IMG/VR virus record: IMGVR_UViG_3300035689_000004
Span: 1-64,000 of that record
DNA: 64,000 nucleotides
Origin: a virus
Strand: one strand, 5' to 3'
Made by a program: the position numbers and the translations under genes. Below the pieces are notes generated by a model. It was not told where the DNA came from, searched no databases, and worked only from the letters and a program-made list of their open reading frames with translations. Shown here piece by piece: positions 54,466-61,333 of this stretch. Position 1 is the first letter of the stretch, and every line of letters begins with the position of its first letter.

Positions 54466-57400
54466 CGCCAAAGTCAAAGCCCACGCCATTGCGCCCCAAG
54501 GGTGTCTTTGAACTGGAAATCCAGCCCGGCGATCGCCTGTACTTTGTCGGCAATGACTGTGAATTGTACCGGGGCGAACAATGCCTAGGGCGCTACGGCT
54601 ACCACTGGGAGGATGACCTAGCCAAAGCGGTACAACGCACCCAGCTAGCTCTGGTGGAGGGCGAAGAGAAGCCGGTTAAGGGTCCTAATGTCACCAGCAT
54701 GAAGCCGGAGGCCAAGGCACCCAAGGCACCGAAGGCACCGCCTAAGCCCGAGGAACAACCGCAGACCGGCGAGCGGTGGATCACCCTCCACCCCAACAAG
54801 GAAAACCCGGACTCCTACGTCAGGGTGAAGATCCGGCAGCACCCGGACGGCACCGCCAGTGTGATTGCAGGCGCTAAAGGCAAGCTGAACCAATTGCGCC
54901 TGACCAAGCTACGCAGCCCGGAAGAATGGAAGGAACGCGCCGCAGAACGCAAACAGAAACGACAGGAGAAGGAAGCAAAACGTCGGGCGGAGTTAAGCGA
55001 AGGCGATCGCCAAGCGGAGGACGACGAAACCACCCAAGCCCGGGAGTACCACCGGGGCGAACGGCACCGTAACGCCAAGGCTACCCTAGACGCCTACCAA
55101 GAGGCAGGGCTAGACCACGGGCTAACGCCAGACCACCTAGCCGCCCTTGATACCCCCGCTGGTGCTGACACCGACCCGGAGGAAGCCAAGCAAGTCGAAG
55201 CCCTAGCCAGAGAAGCGGTGCAAAAGGCAGCCGCCATCCAAAAAGCTTATGAACAACGCCTTGTCCAGGACCATGACGCCCGGGCCGCCGCTAAGCTAGG
55301 TGATGAATCCCTAGAGGGGCTAGGCAACCCCCTGCAGCAGGATATTGACCACACCGCCTATGGCGCCGACGGTGACGCCATTTCTAACCTCATCCAACTG
55401 CCCAATGGGCAATGGCTGGTTACCGCTGACGATAAGGCAGATGCTACCTTTGACACCTGGCAGGAGGCGGCTAAGTATCACCTGGGTAATGTCAACGAGT
55501 ACGACGGCACCGCCGGCGATCGCAGCCAGCCCGACGACTTTTATAACCCCAAGCTATGGGTGGCCAACCCAGATGGCGTTGATTTTTCTCCCCAACTAGC
55601 TGGGCAGATGGCAGCCCTGGCCCTGCAGCGCAAAGAGATTGATCGCTCTGATAAGGCAGCGGGTAAGGCTATCAAAAAGAAAATGCCATGGAAGCGAGAA
55701 CAGGGGTTTGACATTGGCGGGGTTAGTGGCATTGACGACCAAGCCGCGATCGCGCAACTGGACCAGGATGCCAAAACCATCGAGGATGCCATCACCCACG
55801 GCAAGCTGCTGGATATGGCGGGGCTGTTGGACCCGCAAGCGATGGCCAAACACCTGCAGACCGGTGGCATCGCCCAGTTGGGGGAAATTGCCTCTGACGT
55901 GCTCAAAGTTGCCCAGGTTGATCCGGCAATCATCGCCCAGATGGGCCACGATGAAGCGGCCAAGCTGATTGCCTACCAGATCCGTCAGGCGGTGGGGGAT
56001 AGGGAGTATCAGGCGATCGCGGCAGCCCAGGCGGCCCACCATGGCCAATGGTCCACCGAGTACGCTAACCAAGTGATTGCCGAAAACCAACCCCGCCTGG
56101 ACGCCCTGCGCGACATCCACCGCCGTATGCAGGAGATCGAAGCGGCCAAGGATGGTGACTATACCGCCAACCAACTCATTGAACTAGATACCCTCTCCTA
56201 CCAGTCGGAGACATTGCAAGCGTCATTGCAGCAGTCCATCGGCACCGCCCTGGGGCAATTGCAGGCTAGTGCGGCGATGACCCTAGCGTTAGAGTCCAAA
56301 CCCCGTAGCCTACGCTTTGCCGTCAAGGGTAGCCATGGCGAGGTGGCCGACGTGCCCGGGCTATTGTCTACCGATGGCAGCCCATCAATCTGGAGCAGCT
56401 ACGGACTAACCGCTGAAGACTTTAGCCTGGAGGATGGCCCGGATGGGCAGTTGGTATCTATCCAGCCCAGCGGCATGGAAAAGCTTGCCAGCGCCACCTA
56501 TAACCCGGAGGACCGGGACGCCTACGAGGAGGCGATCGCCATCAAGCGCGGTGCCTACGATGAGGACGGGTTCACCCCCGCTGGATTTGCCTATCGGCCT
56601 GAGTCCACCTTTACCGATGTGCGGGCGGAAGCCCAGCAGTTTGATACCACGTTTAACTACCAGCCGGAGATGGATGATGCTGAGGTGCTGCAGGCGGTTA
56701 AAGCTTATCTGGGCGCCCGGGTAGCCAATGGCGAAGATCCAGCAAGTGTCAGAAATGACCTGTTCTCCCATCAGCTCTATTTCAACCTAGGGTTGCTTGA
56801 ACACGCAGACCGCATCAAGGGGCTTTTGCTTAAGTTTGAAAAAGAAAAGTATGGCGATAAGGTCTATCCAGGCGCCAAACAAATCCGCAACGACTACCAG
56901 GAAATTGCAAACGAAGAGGCCGCCCGACTTAGGGGCACCCAGGCGGTAGAGTCACCTGAAGTACTGCACAGCCAAAACCTGGACGCTGATAGCGCCAAGG
57001 AGGCCGCCCACCGCACCCTGGCCGCCATGCCCATGGCGAGGGCTGCCCTCAAGCCATTGGACCAGCTATCCTCCAAAGAACGTAAGTACCTGCGCGACTA
57101 CGCGATCGCGGAGGTGATGAACGAAACCCTAGAAGCACCGGCGCGATCGACACAGCCCGCCGCCCAGGAGGAAGCGCCTGAGATGGGGGCATTGTTCGAC
57201 CTATCTGCCTTCGGTTCCCCTGAAGAAGAGTCCAACGACCCGGACGATCGCCCCATCAGCCTATTTGAGGACGAGAACGACGATCGCCCATTTGAATCCC
57301 TTACCCAGTGGCAAAAGTTTTGCCGCATCGTTGGCGGTGAGCATAAAGCCTATGAAGCACTCCAGGACCGCATTAAGGGTAATTTCTACAGTCGTTTTGC

Positions 57401-59501
57401 TGGCGCCTATTCATCATTGCAGGGCAAGCCACTAAAGACTGGACTGCAAACGATGGTCCACGTGGATCGCCTAGCCGCCGCCAGCCTGCCGCCGGAAGAG
57501 CGGGAGGAATTTCTATCATTCCTTAGGGCTCAGGCGCAAAAGGATATTGCCGCCGCGATGGAGCGCGACGAGCGAGGGCGGTTTGTAGACCAGACCGAGG
57601 GCTGGATAGACCGCTATGAAGAACTGAAAGGTCAGAAACGGCAAGCCGAACTACTGACCACCGAATCCACCTACCAAGGCAACGCCAGCCAATGGCAACG
57701 CACCACCCTAGGCACCCAGGCGGAGCAGGACTTAAATGATGCCCTCCAAAGCGTCCTACCGGGCTTCGAGCAGGTTAACTCAGCGGTGAATATCTACCCC
57801 GAGGTACGCTGGAATGGTGGCTTTGTCGCCCACCAGCGCGGGCTAAAGCTGCTAGAGAGCCAGAAGAAGATCGGCATGCACTATAGTGCCGGTTCTGGAA
57901 AGACATCAGGGATGCTCGGTGCTTTCACTCACCTGCACAGTCAGGGTAAAGTCACCCGTACCCTGGTAGCGGTGCCCTCCGGCATTCTGGGGCAGGCGGT
58001 GGGGGAATGTGCCACTTTCCTAGAGCCCGGGCAGTATAGCTACTCCGCCAACATTGGCTGGGACCGGGAGAAGCGCTTAGAGGCACTGCGTAACCCCGAT
58101 ATGCACCTCCACTTTACCACCCGGGAATCCCTCGCTAGCGACCTATTGCACCTGGTGGAAAAACACACCGGCATCGGGGCGGAGGACTTTCAAAATACCG
58201 ACGCCCGCAGTGAGGACGATCGCCGATCGCTTCTCCTAACCGCCCTGCAGCAGGAAGGCGTTGACCCTAGCAGCCTGCTATTCAGTGTGGACGAAGCCCA
58301 CGACCTATCCCGCCGCCAAGGTGTATCACCGTCCCGCCGATCGCTGGTGCTTGATGCCCTAGCCCACCATAGCGCCTACCATATCAATGCCACCGGCACT
58401 CCCCTAAAGAATGATGCCTCCGAGATTGCCGACTTCCTGCAAAAGGTAGGGGCACCTGAGGTAAAGGATGTCAGCGCTTTTATGGCCCGCTATGGCAAAA
58501 ATACCCAGGCTAGCCGCCGTAGCTTGCAACGATTGGTGGCTAAGTACGCTTACGCGATCGCCGTCAAACCCACCACCAAGGATGGACAGGAATTATCCAT
58601 GCGGATGGAGCAGCCCAAGGTAGCCCTATCTGACCACCAAAAAACCCAGCGGGCGGAACTACTGAAGCACTACGATACCCTGCAAGCCTGGCGGGAGCAG
58701 GAACTGCCCAAGGTAATGGCCGCTAAGCGGGAGCGGGGTGATAACTCGCCCCTCAATGCCAAAGACCTTGCCCATGCCTGGGAGGATGAGGGCGTCCGAA
58801 ATGCGATCGCCGCCCTGTCGCCTGAGTCCTACGGCAAACTGGACGAGGCCACCAAGCAAGCCAAAGCAGGCGGGCAATTGCTAGGGGCATCCGCGCTTAA
58901 ATATGCCGCCCTATCGCGGCTCTACCACCAGACTGACTATGCCAACAACGGCAAGGCGCAGCACGTCGTTAAAATGGCCGCCCAAGCTAAGGCGGACGGT
59001 AAGCCCATGGTGATCTTTGCCGCCTCCGCCCAGGCCGCCCAGATGTTGCGGGACCAGCTTGCCAAGGAGGGGCACCGGGTTGGCTATATCGACGGCACCC
59101 TGGGGCCAGCGGAGAAAGACAAAGAACGCCTACGGTTCTCCCCCGTCGCCGGCGAGGACGCTGAAACCGACATTCTAGTGGCCACCGACGCCGCCCAGAC
59201 TGGCCTTAACCTGCAACGGGGTAAGCTACTAGTCCACTACGATATTCCCCTCACCCAAAAGGCGTGGGACCAGCGCTCAGCCCGCATCTACCGCCGTGGC
59301 CAGACCGAAGATGTGGACGTTCACACCCTGGTCGCTGATGCCCCGGAGGATGCGATCGCCCTAGCTCGAATGCAACGCAAAGGTTCCGACAGCGAACTAT
59401 TCCAGGGCGCTGATGCCACCCAGGGCCATGCTGAACTGTTGGACGATACTGGACTAGCCGCCGCGATCGCGGAGTTTATGGCAGAGGATGACCCAGGCTA
59501 G
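54453..59501 (+). CDS. Giant SF2/SNF2-like helicase protein (polyvalent type)
   Basis: AGSGKT, VDEAH, ATGTP, TDAAQTGLNLQ, QRSARIYRRGQ; about 1100-aa N-terminal extension. Confidence 0.88.
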   Translation: MRTLTPKSKPTPLRPKGVFELEIQPGDRLYFVGNDCELYRGEQCLGRYGYHWEDDLAKAVQRTQLALVEGEEKPVKGPNVTSMKPEAKAPKAPKAPPKPEEQPQTGERWITLHPNKENPDSYVRVKIRQHPDGTASVIAGAKGKLNQLRLTKLRSPEEWKERAAERKQKRQEKEAKRRAELSEGDRQAEDDETTQAREYHRGERHRNAKATLDAYQEAGLDHGLTPDHLAALDTPAGADTDPEEAKQVEALAREAVQKAAAIQKAYEQRLVQDHDARAAAKLGDESLEGLGNPLQQDIDHTAYGADGDAISNLIQLPNGQWLVTADDKADATFDTWQEAAKYHLGNVNEYDGTAGDRSQPDDFYNPKLWVANPDGVDFSPQLAGQMAALALQRKEIDRSDKAAGKAIKKKMPWKREQGFDIGGVSGIDDQAAIAQLDQDAKTIEDAITHGKLLDMAGLLDPQAMAKHLQTGGIAQLGEIASDVLKVAQVDPAIIAQMGHDEAAKLIAYQIRQAVGDREYQAIAAAQAAHHGQWSTEYANQVIAENQPRLDALRDIHRRMQEIEAAKDGDYTANQLIELDTLSYQSETLQASLQQSIGTALGQLQASAAMTLALESKPRSLRFAVKGSHGEVADVPGLLSTDGSPSIWSSYGLTAEDFSLEDGPDGQLVSIQPSGMEKLASATYNPEDRDAYEEAIAIKRGAYDEDGFTPAGFAYRPESTFTDVRAEAQQFDTTFNYQPEMDDAEVLQAVKAYLGARVANGEDPASVRNDLFSHQLYFNLGLLEHADRIKGLLLKFEKEKYGDKVYPGAKQIRNDYQEIANEEAARLRGTQAVESPEVLHSQNLDADSAKEAAHRTLAAMPMARAALKPLDQLSSKERKYLRDYAIAEVMNETLEAPARSTQPAAQEEAPEMGALFDLSAFGSPEEESNDPDDRPISLFEDENDDRPFESLTQWQKFCRIVGGEHKAYEALQDRIKGNFYSRFAGAYSSLQGKPLKTGLQTMVHVDRLAAASLPPEEREEFLSFLRAQAQKDIAAAMERDERGRFVDQTEGWIDRYEELKGQKRQAELLTTESTYQGNASQWQRTTLGTQAEQDLNDALQSVLPGFEQVNSAVNIYPEVRWNGGFVAHQRGLKLLESQKKIGMHYSAGSGKTSGMLGAFTHLHSQGKVTRTLVAVPSGILGQAVGECATFLEPGQYSYSANIGWDREKRLEALRNPDMHLHFTTRESLASDLLHLVEKHTGIGAEDFQNTDARSEDDRRSLLLTALQQEGVDPSSLLFSVDEAHDLSRRQGVSPSRRSLVLDALAHHSAYHINATGTPLKNDASEIADFLQKVGAPEVKDVSAFMARYGKNTQASRRSLQRLVAKYAYAIAVKPTTKDGQELSMRMEQPKVALSDHQKTQRAELLKHYDTLQAWREQELPKVMAAKRERGDNSPLNAKDLAHAWEDEGVRNAIAALSPESYGKLDEATKQAKAGGQLLGASALKYAALSRLYHQTDYANNGKAQHVVKMAAQAKADGKPMVIFAASAQAAQMLRDQLAKEGHRVGYIDGTLGPAEKDKERLRFSPVAGEDAETDILVATDAAQTGLNLQRGKLLVHYDIPLTQKAWDQRSARIYRRGQTEDVDVHTLVADAPEDAIALARMQRKGSDSELFQGADATQGHAELLDDTGLAAAIAEFMAEDDPG

Positions 59502-59542
59502 CAGAGCATATATACTAAAGGGGTCGTGTTAGGGATACCCCG

Positions 59543-59680
59543 ATGAGTGTTGAGCAAATCATTATCGAACTAGAAGATATTGCCGCTGTCCTGCGCAGCG
59601 ATGCCGCTGTTGACCAGGAGGCGATCGTGGCCCGAGCGGAGCGGGTAAGAGATGAAATACTGGCGGCAAGCCAGGAGTAG
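59543..59680 (+). CDS. 45-aa acidic protein (not in ORF track)
   Basis: MSVEQIIIELEDIAAVLRSDAAVDQEAIVARAERVRDEILAASQE. Confidence 0.45.
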   Translation: MSVEQIIIELEDIAAVLRSDAAVDQEAIVARAERVRDEILAASQE

Positions 59681-59701
59681 TTTAACGTTAGGTTTTGGCA
59701 G

Positions 59702-59730
59702 ACCCCCGACGATCGTCGGGGGTTTTGCTT
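59702..59730 (+). terminator. Intrinsic terminator
   Basis: ACCCCCGAC-GATC-GTCGGGGGT-TTTGCTT. Confidence 0.7.
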
Positions 59731-59738
59731 TGGGTGGC

Positions 59739-59769
59739 TATTGCAAATATGCAATAAAAACGCTATTAT
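59739..59769 (+). promoter_or_regulatory. Promoter with palindrome over the -35 element
   Basis: TTGCAA-17 nt-TATTAT; TATTGCA-AATA-TGCAATA at 59739-59756. Confidence 0.55.
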
Positions 59770-59825
59770 GCTTTGACATGGTGCAAAAGTACTAATGCCA
59801 GACTTTAAGTTTAGAGATAAAAGCG

Positions 59826-60068
59826 ATGCAAGCTTATTTAATTTACGCTTTGATTAATCGACGCTTTCTGCTTCCTAAGCACGTCGCTGCTGTTGTGACA
59901 GCGACTACCACTAAAGAGGCGGCTGCCTTCTTCAAGGCAAAAGTGGCTGACGAACACAAAGTCAAAATTGAGTCTATTCGGATTCAGAAGATTTTGACCA
60001 AAGAGGGCATGACGCCCGAACAGTTAATCCAAGCTTGGGATGCCGCAGCTTATGAGGCTAGGCCTTAA
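59826..60068 (+). CDS. Small basic hypothetical protein
   Basis: 80 aa ORF. Confidence 0.6.
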   Translation: MQAYLIYALINRRFLLPKHVAAVVTATTTKEAAAFFKAKVADEHKVKIESIRIQKILTKEGMTPEQLIQAWDAAAYEARP

Positions 60069-60155
60069 CAATTCAACTTTAGGGGTTACTTATCCATAGG
60101 CACCTTTGGCATTTCTCCGTAGTAAAAACGCTATAGACGTGCTAAAAATACACTT

Positions 60156-61292
60156 GTGTTTTATTTTTGCTACACGCCCATGCCTGGCATTCGCACCCTA
60201 TACCCCCGTGGCAGTAAAGAAGACGGTTTAGGCGTATTCCTAGCCAAGATGGGCAGACACAAGCTTCTCACCCCTGCCCAAGAGATAGAGCTAGGGCGAC
60301 AGGTGCAGGAGGGGCTATGGGCCGCGGCAACGGTCCTGGACGATCGCGATCGCCGTCAGCCACTACAGGAAGATTTCGAGCGCCAGCACCGTAGCGAGCA
60401 CGGTGAATTACCAACTCAGGTGGAAATTGACGCTTACTTTGACGAGGCACGGCAGCGGTTGATTGATACCTACCGCCAGGGCCACCCGGAGGCGACAGAG
60501 GCGGAGATGCGCCGACACTTTGAACGGGTAGCCCGGCAGGGCAAGAAAGCTTGCGACCAGATGGTAATCCGCAACCTGCGCCTAGTAGTGAGTGTGGCCC
60601 ACAAATATTCCAAGCACGGGCTAGAGCTAGGCGACTTGATCCAGGAGGGCGTTGTTGGCCTAGTGCGAGGGGTAGAAAAATTTGACCCGGCGAAGGGTTA
60701 TAAATTTTCGACCTATGCCTACTGGTGGATTCGTCAGGCGATCACCCGGGCCATCAGCAACAAAGCCAAGTCGATCCGCCTACCGATCCATGTTGTGGAC
60801 GTACTCAACAAGGTGCGCCGCTATGGCCATGTTTTTCGGGCTCAGCACGGACGCTACCCAAGCGATCGCGAAGTGGCCGAGCATTTCTCCTCCCGCAATG
60901 GCGTTTCTGCCGATGAATGGCTACGACGCTTGCAACGGTTCAAGGCGATGAATATCGCGCCGACCAGCCTGGACCACGTGGTAGATAACGGCGATCGCGC
61001 TAAAAGCACAATCCACGACCTTGTAGGGGGTATTGATGATAGCTCTATCAGTTTGTTTGGAGATCAGGTTATCGAGGAATTGGGCGCCGCTGTGGTGGGC
61101 TTGCCGACCAGGGAGCGGCAGGTGGTGGAACTAAAGTACGGGCTACTCAGCGGTACGCCTAAATCCCTCAGCGAAGTGGCTAGGGAGATGGATGCACCCC
61201 TGGCGACGGTACGAACGATCCACGTCAGGGCATTACGGCGATTGTCTAGGGAGCGGCGGGGCTTGCGATCGCTGCTCGAAGGACTAGATTGA
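60156..61292 (+). CDS. Phage-encoded sigma-70 factor (cyanobacterial group 2-like)
   Basis: [62 protein letters not shown]; no region 1.1; likely start ATG 60180. Confidence 0.93.
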   Translation: MFYFCYTPMPGIRTLYPRGSKEDGLGVFLAKMGRHKLLTPAQEIELGRQVQEGLWAAATVLDDRDRRQPLQEDFERQHRSEHGELPTQVEIDAYFDEARQRLIDTYRQGHPEATEAEMRRHFERVARQGKKACDQMVIRNLRLVVSVAHKYSKHGLELGDLIQEGVVGLVRGVEKFDPAKGYKFSTYAYWWIRQAITRAISNKAKSIRLPIHVVDVLNKVRRYGHVFRAQHGRYPSDREVAEHFSSRNGVSADEWLRRLQRFKAMNIAPTSLDHVVDNGDRAKSTIHDLVGGIDDSSISLFGDQVIEELGAAVVGLPTRERQVVELKYGLLSGTPKSLSEVAREMDAPLATVRTIHVRALRRLSRERRGLRSLLEGLD

Positions 61293-61333
61293 ACCCCGAT
61301 ACAATAGGGGGTAAATTACCCCTCTCTTACCCC

